A model generated the notes under the pieces. It had not been told where the DNA came from, did not search any database, and worked only from the letters and a program-made list of their open reading frames with translations. From a virus (Duplodnaviria > Caudoviricetes), in the IMG/VR virus record IMGVR_UViG_3300029288_007060, positions 64,001 through 128,000 of that record: a DNA stretch of 64,000 nt; one strand, given 5' to 3'. Both the position numbers and the translations under genes were made by a program. Below are positions 31,165-40,650 of the stretch, piece after piece. Numbering within the stretch: position 1 is the first letter of the stretch; each line of letters begins with the position of its first letter.

Positions 31165-34100
31165 TTTCTTGGTCCTTAAATATCAACACTATTTCAATTA
31201 TATTTTCAATTTTGCTGGTATCTTGTCCTATAAGATTAAACACCTCTTCTTTTGGAGCTCTAAGAGAGTTGTTTGTTTCTTTTAAACTATCTGCCGTTAT
31301 CAATATTGGCTCACTTAAACTACCTATTTGATTTGCTTGCAATGACATGTAAATATATTTTTCAGAAATCTTGGCAAATTTATCATTGTCTTGATCATAT
31401 TTTCCAGTAGGGGCGGACAAAAATTTCTTAACCGCTGCTATTCTCTTTTCAACTTTTGGCTTGTTGTCTTCATCAACTAAAAATCCTCTAACCTCTACTT
31501 TGGGATAAGAATCAGAAGAATTGTCTGTTATGTGTGCCGAGGAAATAGATAATGCGTTTTTAAATTCATTTATATTATAATTAGCCATATCTCCAGAAAG
31601 CATAGAAATTCTTTCGTCATCGGATTCTTTGGAAGGAAATATGATAGACGCGAGATGTCGGCCCAAACTAAAGCCTGCTGTTTGTCTGGAAGTGGTTATT
31701 TTATTAAATACTCTTTGCGTTTTTATTAGACCCTTTCCTATCACATCGAGTGGCGTAGGAATATACTCCCCTAGTGGATGTCCATATTCTAATGTTAGCG
31801 TGGTGGTAAAAGAACCCCCATATGAAAAATTATGAGAAACAGAGCTTACATAAAATAATGTGTCTCTAGAATTAATATATACAACATCCCCTAGTTGATA
31901 GTATTCATTACCATATAACGTCAAACTTCCCCTGACTGCTTTTTTTCTATTTTGATTAAGAAGCATTAATGCATATGGAGCACATTGAGTCTCGGCATCT
32001 TTAAAATAAGGCCTGCTAATTCCGCCATCAGATTTATATCCGTATTGTCTCCACAAATCAAAATCTGTGGCTCCCGCCCACAAAACAGGGATTTGTCCAA
32101 TACTTCCTGGACCCTCCCCTATTAAATCTTGTTCTCCATTAACATCAACTCTACATATAACATTTTCGCAACTTTCTGTAAAATTAGAATGTATTATTTG
32201 ATCATCATATATTATAAAGCGTTTTGCCGAATTTGGTCCGAGAAAATCATTATAGTCGTCTTCTATTAAATCTGAAAATTGACTAAGCATATCTGGAACA
32301 GAAATATTTCCCATATTTGCAGGAACGGTAGTTTCATATTTTCCTGCTTGTTTTAATAGTTTTTGGTTGCAGTCTTCTAATTTTTGTCTTCTGCTGATTA
32401 ATTGTGCCAGCTTATTCGTGTGGTGGTATCTGTTCACAAACATGTTTGGATAATGCGAATCATTTATAGACTTTATCTCTTCTGCAACTTTTAATATAGA
32501 TTCTTCTGATTCTGTATCTACCGACTGACCACCAACTTTTGAAACTAAACTTTTTCTATTTAATAAAACAATGCTGGCCAAATCTTCTGCAAGAGACGAA
32601 TTGAAGTTGGTGGTGAGTTTAATGATTTCTTCACTACCGACCGCCCCGATAATCGTAGAAATATCTTCAACCGAGCCCAGAAGGGCAGATTCTATTTTGA
32701 TATTCAAATCAACTATATCTAACTCATCTTGTACATTTTTGCTTCTCGATTTAAATAACTGAATTAAAAATGAAGGATATAGCTTTTTGCCCTCTCTCTT
32801 ATCTAATAAAAACATTTTTAGAAGCAATGATAATGGAACTTTGTTGTATCTGGGTGGCCTAAATTGAATGTGACCATGATTATCGCAAAAAAACTCAAAA
32901 TCCAAAGTTTTTGCCACCAAAGAACATATATCTCTTGGGCTTTTATACTGGCTATTCCATAAGTCAATTTTTTGGGACATATTAGCAACAAACGCTCTTA
33001 TATCCAAGTCTTTATCATATTCTTCTCCAACAATAAATAAATTCGAATCTACATTAAACTTACAGTCATATTGTGGTCTGAATTGTAATATTGTGTTTCT
33101 GAATCCCAATTTTTTATATTTTTCTTTCATATTCTCACTGTCTGATTCTGTTGATGCACCACCAAAATCAAGAGCAAAATCTGTTCCGTATATTCTCAAT
33201 CCCACCCCAGTCGTTTTGGCCTTATCTTTCCATTTAGACGATTCTTTATTAATTTCATCTTTGATATCACTAATTCTGGACGAAAGACTAAATTTGATAC
33301 TTCTAAGGTCCTCGCTATCTTCGAATTTATCATTAGATAATGCCAATTGTTGATCTTGAAGAGAAGCTAACTGCTCTCTAAGAGAATTTAAGTTGTTTGA
33401 TATTCCTTGTAAATCAGTCCTATTCGCCAAGCGCTCATGAGTTGCGCGAGGGTCGGTATGAATAGACGTAAACGGCTGAAAATTTCCTAATGTTCTATTT
33501 TGAGAGCGCTGTATATCAAAAAACGAGTGAAAATAACTCTCTGGAGAATTCGATTGAACACTATTATGAAATGTTCCAAATGACATAGAGTTTTCATAAA
33601 AAGACTCATAATTGTGGGGGTATCCCGTTACTAAAGAACTAACTATATCGGCAGCATCTTGACCAGCGAAAGGGTCGCTAATTACTGTAATCCCCATCTC
33701 TCTACGGAGCTTTTGTGTCTGGTCCTCTTGATTTCCAAGAGCAGTTTTGAGGTTTACATTTCGGGTTGCGGCTATAATTCCTTGCTTCCATTTATAAACA
33801 ATTCCTGGAGCATGTTTATATTGCATAATGGATGTACCGTCTCCATTGGTTAAATAATCTTGAACAAAATTATTCTTTTCGTCAAACTTTTCTCCAACAT
33901 AAGACCCGTTGTTAAAATTAATTATTTTAGCATTCACTCTGTCTTGATTGTCCTGATTTAGTTCAGGCTCATCGTCAACTAGGCCGGTTGCTTCACTAAC
34001 CTTAATATCAAATGGGGTCAGAGGGTCTTCCAATAGCCCTTGAGTTTGGTCTAAACTTGGAGCAACATTCACCCTAGATTGTTCCAGCCACTGCATATTA

Positions 34101-35809
34101 CTACAACCAGACGCCCTTGTTGTATAAACGCCACTGTCGGCACTGTAATCTTCTGATACCGTCTGAATTATTCCACCAAAAACATGGGTTCCGGCATTTC
34201 TCATTAGGCTGTCTGTTCGCAGAGTTCTATATATTTCCACGGGTATATCCAAATTATCAATACCCATTATTTTCATTTCCTCTTCCAATAAAGCATCGGA
34301 TGTGTCTTGATTCTGATTAACGAAATTTTTTATAAATAGCGAGTTATTTAGAAGCGTGCTCAGCGGACCAACCAACTCATTTTGTTTAAATGTATTTCCC
34401 CTAATATAGACATTAACAGAGTCCATAGGCTGAACTATTGATTTTCCAAGATAATGCACTCTTAAATTTCTCCTAGCGTGCTCGACATCAGGTTTTTTAT
34501 TACTAATTATGTAATTTTTATTTACCTCCATAATGGCGGAAGCGTATCTTTCTAGTAAATCAAAAATGGCGGTAATTTTGCTATTTTCGTCCGTGGTTGT
34601 TTGTTGCTCCGGTGGCAGTTGTAATAAGGATATTAAAAAATTATTTTTATTGAAAGCCACCCCGTCACCTATACTTGCGGTAATTTTATTTGATGCCGTA
34701 GATGAAGGGTTAACTTCGAAAATTATCTCCGTATTATCCGTATTGCTGAGCGCTCCTATAGAATTCGGACCAGTTGACCATGCATTGAAAATACGATTTT
34801 TTCTCATATGAGCAAGCTCTCGTTCAAGCTCTTTGGCTGATTCCAATAACATTTGAGGACTTGCATACATATTTTCTGTTTGCCAAGGATCAGATGCTAT
34901 TTCCATATTAGCGGCAGCCAAAGCGTATTCAATTTCGTCGGTGGTTATTTTAGATAGATTATATGGATCTTGCATAGTAAAGTCAATATTTCCAACCGAC
35001 CCGTCTAGAGATAATGATGTGCTTAACTCATTCACAAGTGTTAACTCTATAACGCCATTTCCTCGGCCAACAGAAAAAATATCTGGTTGATTTGTTTCCA
35101 CCGTCCAAGTTGTCTGCGTCGCGTGTCTCAAATTACTCGATTTGTATTTTAATTCTTCTAATGCAACCACCCATGAAGACAACAACTCAGAGTCTGATTT
35201 TGATTGGTCTAATAATTTTTTGTATTCGGCTATGACTTCTGGCTGACTAATCGAAGAATGCAAAACCGCAAGAGCAGAGTCAGATATTATTCCAATCTTC
35301 TCATTGTACTCCTGCAAGAAAGCTATACATGCCGATATTCTATCTGAATCTAGGTCTGCTTCCTCATTTAACAGTCTGCCAGCCTTGGACAATGCTTCAT
35401 AAGCGGCGAGCTGCTGGCATTTTTTTTCAAATAATATTTTTGTTGCTCTAAGAAATAATTTTTCTCCACTGTCTAAAAATTTTAAGTCGTTCTCATTTCT
35501 CAAAGAACGAAAAGCTCTTTTCTTAATATAGACTGTTAAGATTGGTTCCTGAGAAGTTATCGTTCTTTGTTGTATATCGTCCACATTATCAATACTCGAA
35601 CCAATAAAAGCTGTCCCTGGAACATTTGTGAATCCCGTATCAACATGCACATTTTCCTTTGGTGCCATAGGTGGCCGCGTAGCACGGAGAGATGTAAACG
35701 CATTAGAAAGCCCATTTTTTATAGACGTATATTGCTGATTAAAGTTACTAATCACATTATCATAACTGTTTTGTCTAAGTCCAGTATCACTTCCAAAAAT
35801 AATAGCCAT
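31157..35809 (-). CDS. Baseplate hub protein (gp27/late control D-like) with large helical insertions
   Basis: FEFFCDNHGHIQFRPP, GSLTLYGN..YQLGD, FYVSSVSHNFSYGGSFTTTLTLEYG. Confidence 0.75.
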   Translation of the reverse strand: MAIIFGSDTGLRQNSYDNVISNFNQQYTSIKNGLSNAFTSLRATRPPMAPKENVHVDTGFTNVPGTAFIGSSIDNVDDIQQRTITSQEPILTVYIKKRAFRSLRNENDLKFLDSGEKLFLRATKILFEKKCQQLAAYEALSKAGRLLNEEADLDSDRISACIAFLQEYNEKIGIISDSALAVLHSSISQPEVIAEYKKLLDQSKSDSELLSSWVVALEELKYKSSNLRHATQTTWTVETNQPDIFSVGRGNGVIELTLVNELSTSLSLDGSVGNIDFTMQDPYNLSKITTDEIEYALAAANMEIASDPWQTENMYASPQMLLESAKELERELAHMRKNRIFNAWSTGPNSIGALSNTDNTEIIFEVNPSSTASNKITASIGDGVAFNKNNFLISLLQLPPEQQTTTDENSKITAIFDLLERYASAIMEVNKNYIISNKKPDVEHARRNLRVHYLGKSIVQPMDSVNVYIRGNTFKQNELVGPLSTLLNNSLFIKNFVNQNQDTSDALLEEEMKIMGIDNLDIPVEIYRTLRTDSLMRNAGTHVFGGIIQTVSEDYSADSGVYTTRASGCSNMQWLEQSRVNVAPSLDQTQGLLEDPLTPFDIKVSEATGLVDDEPELNQDNQDRVNAKIINFNNGSYVGEKFDEKNNFVQDYLTNGDGTSIMQYKHAPGIVYKWKQGIIAATRNVNLKTALGNQEDQTQKLRREMGITVISDPFAGQDAADIVSSLVTGYPHNYESFYENSMSFGTFHNSVQSNSPESYFHSFFDIQRSQNRTLGNFQPFTSIHTDPRATHERLANRTDLQGISNNLNSLREQLASLQDQQLALSNDKFEDSEDLRSIKFSLSSRISDIKDEINKESSKWKDKAKTTGVGLRIYGTDFALDFGGASTESDSENMKEKYKKLGFRNTILQFRPQYDCKFNVDSNLFIVGEEYDKDLDIRAFVANMSQKIDLWNSQYKSPRDICSLVAKTLDFEFFCDNHGHIQFRPPRYNKVPLSLLLKMFLLDKREGKKLYPSFLIQLFKSRSKNVQDELDIVDLNIKIESALLGSVEDISTIIGAVGSEEIIKLTTNFNSSLAEDLASIVLLNRKSLVSKVGGQSVDTESEESILKVAEEIKSINDSHYPNMFVNRYHHTNKLAQLISRRQKLEDCNQKLLKQAGKYETTVPANMGNISVPDMLSQFSDLIEDDYNDFLGPNSAKRFIIYDDQIIHSNFTESCENVICRVDVNGEQDLIGEGPGSIGQIPVLWAGATDFDLWRQYGYKSDGGISRPYFKDAETQCAPYALMLLNQNRKKAVRGSLTLYGNEYYQLGDVVYINSRDTLFYVSSVSHNFSYGGSFTTTLTLEYGHPLGEYIPTPLDVIGKGLIKTQRVFNKITTSRQTAGFSLGRHLASIIFPSKESDDERISMLSGDMANYNINEFKNALSISSAHITDNSSDSYPKVEVRGFLVDEDNKPKVEKRIAAVKKFLSAPTGKYDQDNDKFAKISEKYIYMSLQANQIGSLSEPILITADSLKETNNSLRAPKEEVFNLIGQDTSKIENIIEIVLIFKDQENE

Positions 35810-35831
35810 TATTTACTTCCAATTTTTATAT

Positions 35832-36698
35832 TTATCCGTTATTAATTCCAAAGGTAGAAGACAAACTATTTCCACCATATGATAGTGGAGCCGATTCCGG
35901 ATGTCTAAAATCTACATTATTCTGTTGCGGGCTAAGGCCAAATAATCCTCTAATTGCGTTCCCCGCACTAGATGCCATAGCATTAACAAATTGGCCCGTG
36001 ACATCATCTGCTATCGGGTCTTTATGCCAAGCCATAAAATTAACTCTTTTGCCTCTTGTTTCTGTTACCATAAATTCTATATTGTATTGAAATAATCCCA
36101 AACGATTTACATCTTCGGTGGTAGTCATGGATGTAAAAAATCCGCGGTATTCTATTCCTTGATAAAATAAAGTAATTCCTAAGGCCAAAGATGCTAAAGA
36201 AGGCCTTAATATAAAATTATTGTTTCTTAATTGCTCTGCCATAACTGGAACTATAGCGTCTCCCAAAGAAGCATCCTGTAGCGTCGTTTGTTGCAAAGCA
36301 TTCAATAACTCGTTTGTTTGGCTCGCGGCAACAACCTCAAAAATTCTATTCTCAGACCTATACACATCTCTTAGTACATTTATTCCTTTGACCCCGGCAG
36401 AGCCTGTTGTTCCATTAAGAGTTAGTCTTGTAAGATTATCTCCCCAATATTGCACAACAAAACCACCCTTTGTACGAGTTTGCTGTATTTGTTTGCTCTC
36501 AGCAACCACAAAGTTTTCTGGGTTGATGTACATTTGTACGCTTGTTCCATTTGGAAGAAGCCAGGTCATAATTTGTTTGTCGCGATTTGTGATACCGGCG
36601 CCGAGGCGAGTATTTGGAAGGTCGGATGTAGCACTAAGAACATCACCCAAATTTTTGACTGCATCTACACGAAAATCATCAAAGTTTTTATATGCCAT
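35832..36698 (-). CDS. Tail tube initiator/baseplate protein
   Basis: MYINPEN, RTKGGFVVQYWG, LTLNGTTG, YRGFF; located between tape measure and hub. Confidence 0.65.
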   Translation of the reverse strand: MAYKNFDDFRVDAVKNLGDVLSATSDLPNTRLGAGITNRDKQIMTWLLPNGTSVQMYINPENFVVAESKQIQQTRTKGGFVVQYWGDNLTRLTLNGTTGSAGVKGINVLRDVYRSENRIFEVVAASQTNELLNALQQTTLQDASLGDAIVPVMAEQLRNNNFILRPSLASLALGITLFYQGIEYRGFFTSMTTTEDVNRLGLFQYNIEFMVTETRGKRVNFMAWHKDPIADDVTGQFVNAMASSAGNAIRGLFGLSPQQNNVDFRHPESAPLSYGGNSLSSTFGINNG

Positions 36699-36710
36699 AA
36701 AGTACCTCTA

Positions 36711-38873
36711 TTATTTTCCTGGATGTGCCTTAGATATTGCGGCATCTGCATATTTTTGTATCATGTCTCCTAGAAATATCTTAATCGTCCCATCTTGTGC
36801 GCTGGCTTTAAGGTGAACATCTGCAATAACATCAATATTTTTGGTTATTTTTTGATTAGTAAAAGACTCCGATGTGGTGTTGTGAGTTTCTCTTATATTT
36901 TTTACGTTTTCGATATTTTCCTTGGTTGGTAGAATTGGCGCAAGCGCAGTAGTAATTTGACCCCTTGCATTTTCCTCATTATTCATCTGTTTCCTAACAT
37001 TGGCCGGGGACATAGCTTTGGTATTATGAGTGTCATTTCGTATCCTGGCGGCTAATCGTTCGCCAGCCTTCAAAGAGGCGGCATTTAATTTGGCTAGTTC
37101 CAAGGCTTGTTTATTTTCATCAGGCTCTTCGGACACCTTTTCTCTTATACGATTCCTTTTCGTTCGCTCCTCTCTTTTTTGCCCAAGCATCCCCATTATT
37201 TCATTAGCATAACTCATTATATTGGTTCCGCTTTTTGGGTCGGCAGCAGCTTTTTTTAAAATATTTTCCATGTTTTGAGCAAAATCTGACAGCCCCAAAT
37301 CTTCCGCCAAGTCACCAATCGCGTCTACTATTTTATCTCCATTGTTTATTGTGGCCTGTTTAATTAGACTAAGATTTTTGTCCATAATGCTTTGGGTTGA
37401 TTCTTGTGTTCGTTGGCCAGAACCTAACAGCTCGTCCAATTTAGAAGCAGTATTATTCCCGACATCGAGACCGCTCTTATCTATATTTTGCAACATCGCA
37501 AGAGTTTTATTTGCTGTCGCTTGGTCTATATTCATTGTTTGCATTAATAATTGTCTCTGTATAACAAAATTATTAAGTAGGGCCGGATCTGTACGAGCTT
37601 CTTCTCGTGTCAAAATCTTTTCTCCACCGCCAAACTGTTTTAATGTTTGAATAAGACTTTCGCTTACTTTCTTCATACCTTCCGGGCCCTCTTCTAATGC
37701 GGCTTCTATATCCAGACCCGCACCCAGAGCACCTTTTGCTGCACCACCGGGTGCTTGCATTCCCAACAAAGCCCTGGTTCCAAAAGCCATCCCCTCGAGC
37801 CCTCTAACAAACGATCGTAGCAATTGCGGGGTTAGTCCCTTTTGTCCTGTCCCGGAAAGACTATCCGCAAAAGCTTTATACAATGGGGTGACTGAAGATA
37901 CAGTTCCGCCCCACATTTTTAACATGTCTGTTGCCCCCATAATAGATTCGCCAACTTTTTCGAATCCAAGACCAGAGCCTTTAGTTGCCCAACTTATTCT
38001 TCCGAAATTTAAAATTGCTTCTGTTTGAGAGGCGCCTAACTCCGTCATAGCTTTTGATAACCACCCAGCAGTTGTGGCCGCATCTGTATTTGTTGCTGCG
38101 GAGACCAGGATAGCCGCGTTAGCAGATGTAACGGGCCCTTTCAGGCCGGTCATACTGCTGGTTAAACTTCCTATATTCTTAACTTGGTCTTCTACAGAAA
38201 CCAAATTTTTAAATGCCTTCTGGACGCTTACTAGCTGTTCTGGCGTAGCTCTTATTGTTTGCAGGGATTCCGTATACCGCATTTTAAATTCTTCAATGTC
38301 TTTTTGTGCTTCCTCAAAAGTGGTTCCAAAACTCATCCCGGCCTGTAATACGTCTTTATTAAAATTCATCAGTTCTTGTTCTACTTCTACCATACCGCTA
38401 GACAATCTATTTAATTCGTTTGTCATAGATTGTTGCATTTTTGCAGCAGCAAGAGGAATTGATGCGCCAAGAACTTTTCCCAAGTCTTGTGTAACTTTTT
38501 TACTATTATTGAGAGCAAACACAATAGAACTTTCTACAGCGCCAAAGACAGTCCCGGCAGCAGAGGCAAATGATTTAAAACCAGACATAAGCGAAGAAAT
38601 TTTCTTTTCGCCCTCTGCGGCCGTTATTGCTCCGGCCTTGACTTGCTGTTCAACACCTACCATCTGGGCTTTCAATCCGTCCCAGGCACGGGTCGCTGCT
38701 TCAATGCCCTTCACTGTGCTGTCAGTAAAAGAGCCTTGGGCTCCTTGAGCCCCCTTTAAAGCGACCGCCACGCCATTTATTTTATCTCTTTGGCTGTCCA
38801 AAGAACTAATGGCGTTGCTGGCATCTTGTGTGTCTTGAGATATAATATTAGTATCAGGAACTATTTCGGGCAT
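36711..38873 (-). CDS. Tape measure protein
   Basis: 720-aa Ala/Gly-rich helical protein immediately after the chaperone pair. Confidence 0.7.
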   Translation of the reverse strand: MPEIVPDTNIISQDTQDASNAISSLDSQRDKINGVAVALKGAQGAQGSFTDSTVKGIEAATRAWDGLKAQMVGVEQQVKAGAITAAEGEKKISSLMSGFKSFASAAGTVFGAVESSIVFALNNSKKVTQDLGKVLGASIPLAAAKMQQSMTNELNRLSSGMVEVEQELMNFNKDVLQAGMSFGTTFEEAQKDIEEFKMRYTESLQTIRATPEQLVSVQKAFKNLVSVEDQVKNIGSLTSSMTGLKGPVTSANAAILVSAATNTDAATTAGWLSKAMTELGASQTEAILNFGRISWATKGSGLGFEKVGESIMGATDMLKMWGGTVSSVTPLYKAFADSLSGTGQKGLTPQLLRSFVRGLEGMAFGTRALLGMQAPGGAAKGALGAGLDIEAALEEGPEGMKKVSESLIQTLKQFGGGEKILTREEARTDPALLNNFVIQRQLLMQTMNIDQATANKTLAMLQNIDKSGLDVGNNTASKLDELLGSGQRTQESTQSIMDKNLSLIKQATINNGDKIVDAIGDLAEDLGLSDFAQNMENILKKAAADPKSGTNIMSYANEIMGMLGQKREERTKRNRIREKVSEEPDENKQALELAKLNAASLKAGERLAARIRNDTHNTKAMSPANVRKQMNNEENARGQITTALAPILPTKENIENVKNIRETHNTTSESFTNQKITKNIDVIADVHLKASAQDGTIKIFLGDMIQKYADAAISKAHPGK

Positions 38874-38874
38874 A

Positions 38875-39318
38875 TTATTTCTCCAAATCCATATTCAACC
38901 AGTCTTTATAGCTTATTTCTTTCGGTACATCTGATTTTTTTATATTATTGTAATTATCTAATACCTTTCCTATATCAACCTTGTGCATCTCTTTTTCTTG
39001 TTGATTTTTAACAGACGGAAGCGACCTACCAAACATTTGCTCAATTCCACTTATAAATTGTTCGTCAGGAACTTCTACAGCCTGTTCTCTAGCTTCTTTA
39101 ATTTTCCTTACAGCCTCAGGCTCTATAAAGCTAGCGTGATATTCCACCATATCCCTATTTTCTTCAAATTTCTCGTCTCTGTCTTTTATAAAATTATGAT
39201 AGTACCATAGCCATTGAGATGAGCTAATCTCTCTAAACATCTCGTGGTCTACTGGCACACCCCACATTTTACAGAGCTTCCATCGGAGCCTGTGCCAAGG
39301 CTCCTTTATTAATTTTTT
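38875..39318 (-). CDS. Tail assembly chaperone, frameshift extension (gpGT-like T portion)
   Basis: The frame of the 130-aa ORF (38875-39267) is open upstream to the slippery site: KKLIKEPWHRLRWKLCKMWGVP. Confidence 0.7.
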   Translation of the reverse strand, partial: KKLIKEPWHRLRWKLCKMWGVPVDHEMFREISSSQWLWYYHNFIKDRDEKFEENRDMVEYHASFIEPEAVRKIKEAREQAVEVPDEQFISGIEQMFGRSLPSVKNQQEKEMHKVDIGKVLDNYNNIKKSDVPKEISYKDWLNMDLEK

Positions 39319-39866
39319 ATTTTGTCGCCGTAAATTATTTCATCGGATTCCTTGATCATAGATTCATAGGCAGAGTATAGTCTTTCCACTAATGCAAGCT
39401 GCATCTGATCAATCACGAATGATTTTTTCTCAAAATCGCTAAGCGCGCCCTCATTACAAAAAGATACTAATGGCGCTCCGTCTATAGTTCTTATGGCGTT
39501 GGCCAAAGTCAACACTCTTATATTAAATAAATTAGCAGATTCCCCTATTTTCATAAGGGCTAAAACTATATCGTTATTTTCTTTGTGGGTTAGTGTACTT
39601 AACTCAAACTTATGCCCGGCGATATCAAACTCTTTTGTGAATTTTCCCATAAATATTAGGCTTTCGAGTTTCTTCTGAGATTCTGTATCTATGAAACGCG
39701 GAGCAACCGGTTGGCCCTGTTCAGGCTCACTCTCAAACTCCGCTAATCTTTGGTCAACAGAGTCTTGCGTGCTAGAAAAATCCTCCACTACATAGTTTGT
39801 AGTTTGAGGAACAGTTGTGGGCACAGGGCTACCACCCCTCATATTTGAGTGAGTAATCTTAGTCAT
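39309..39866 (-). CDS. Tail assembly chaperone (gpG-like)
   Basis: Between tube and tape measure genes; ends in A AAA AAT TAA. Confidence 0.75.
   Translation of the reverse strand: MTKITHSNMRGGSPVPTTVPQTTNYVVEDFSSTQDSVDQRLAEFESEPEQGQPVAPRFIDTESQKKLESLIFMGKFTKEFDIAGHKFELSTLTHKENNDIVLALMKIGESANLFNIRVLTLANAIRTIDGAPLVSFCNEGALSDFEKKSFVIDQMQLALVERLYSAYESMIKESDEIIYGDKIKN
39312..39318 (-). other. -1 programmed ribosomal frameshift slippery heptamer A_AAA_AAU
   Basis: X_XXY_YYZ heptamer immediately before the stop; the -1 frame joins the downstream ORF. Confidence 0.75.
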
Positions 39867-39928
39867 GGTCTTTCTCCTTATGTAATTTGGATAAAAATGT
39901 GTGTCAATGGAGGGAGCTTAAACTTACA

Positions 39929-39948
39929 GGGGCGTGCCAGGACGCCCC
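39929..39948 (-). terminator. GC-rich hairpin after the tail tube gene (terminator or mRNA stabiliser)
   Basis: GGGGCGT-6 nt-ACGCCCC about 10 nt past the tube stop; weak U-tract (TGTAAGTTT). Confidence 0.45.
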
Positions 39949-39957
39949 CTTCATGCA

Positions 39958-40611
39958 TTATTTGTTAAATACCGAATTTACTAATCCGGCAACATCTAGT
40001 GAGCCTCTACGAGACCCACTATTAACTGAGTGTTCTATTGTGCTTGTGTCGGTCTGAGATTGCAATCCTCTAGCGCCACCGCTATTCGGAATATCAAACT
40101 CTCCTGTTGGCGATGAAATATATGCCGTTTCGCACCACATAGTCGCTTCTTCTGTAATAACATAATTATCAGCAGTATAGGGAGTGGAGTAAGTAGTGAA
40201 CCAACAATTTTTATATGTTGCTACGACTATTTCTGGCGCATTAGAAATATCTGTCCCCGGGGTTTTTACAGAGCTCATATCTAATATTTCTATATCAAAT
40301 GGAAGTCTTTGGGCATTAATAAATCTAAACCCACGCAAAAACGCCTCTGGCAATCTTACCTGATCAAATACTATACGAGAGGCAGACAACTCAAAGGTGG
40401 TTGGGCCATTCGGAACTATTTCTATAACACCGTCTGTTCCTACTTCCTTAATTCGTTCAAGCGGCCTATTTTGTGTTACTGTTAGTCTCTGTAATGCTCC
40501 AACAGCAGTGCCAGACACCTTTATTATAATCTGAGTAGATAACCCAGTATTTGGTGCCCGCACATTAACGGCCGATCCCGTATTCGGGAAGGTTTGTTCA
40601 ATACCTGGCAT
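39958..40611 (-). CDS. Tail tube protein
   Basis: Follows sheath; VGALQRLTVTQNR..IKEVGTDG..EIVP, TYKNCWF. Confidence 0.85.
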   Translation of the reverse strand: MPGIEQTFPNTGSAVNVRAPNTGLSTQIIIKVSGTAVGALQRLTVTQNRPLERIKEVGTDGVIEIVPNGPTTFELSASRIVFDQVRLPEAFLRGFRFINAQRLPFDIEILDMSSVKTPGTDISNAPEIVVATYKNCWFTTYSTPYTADNYVITEEATMWCETAYISSPTGEFDIPNSGGARGLQSQTDTSTIEHSVNSGSRRGSLDVAGLVNSVFNK

Positions 40612-40650
40612 GTTTGTAATCTCCTATTATTTAATTTTCAAATCTTTATA

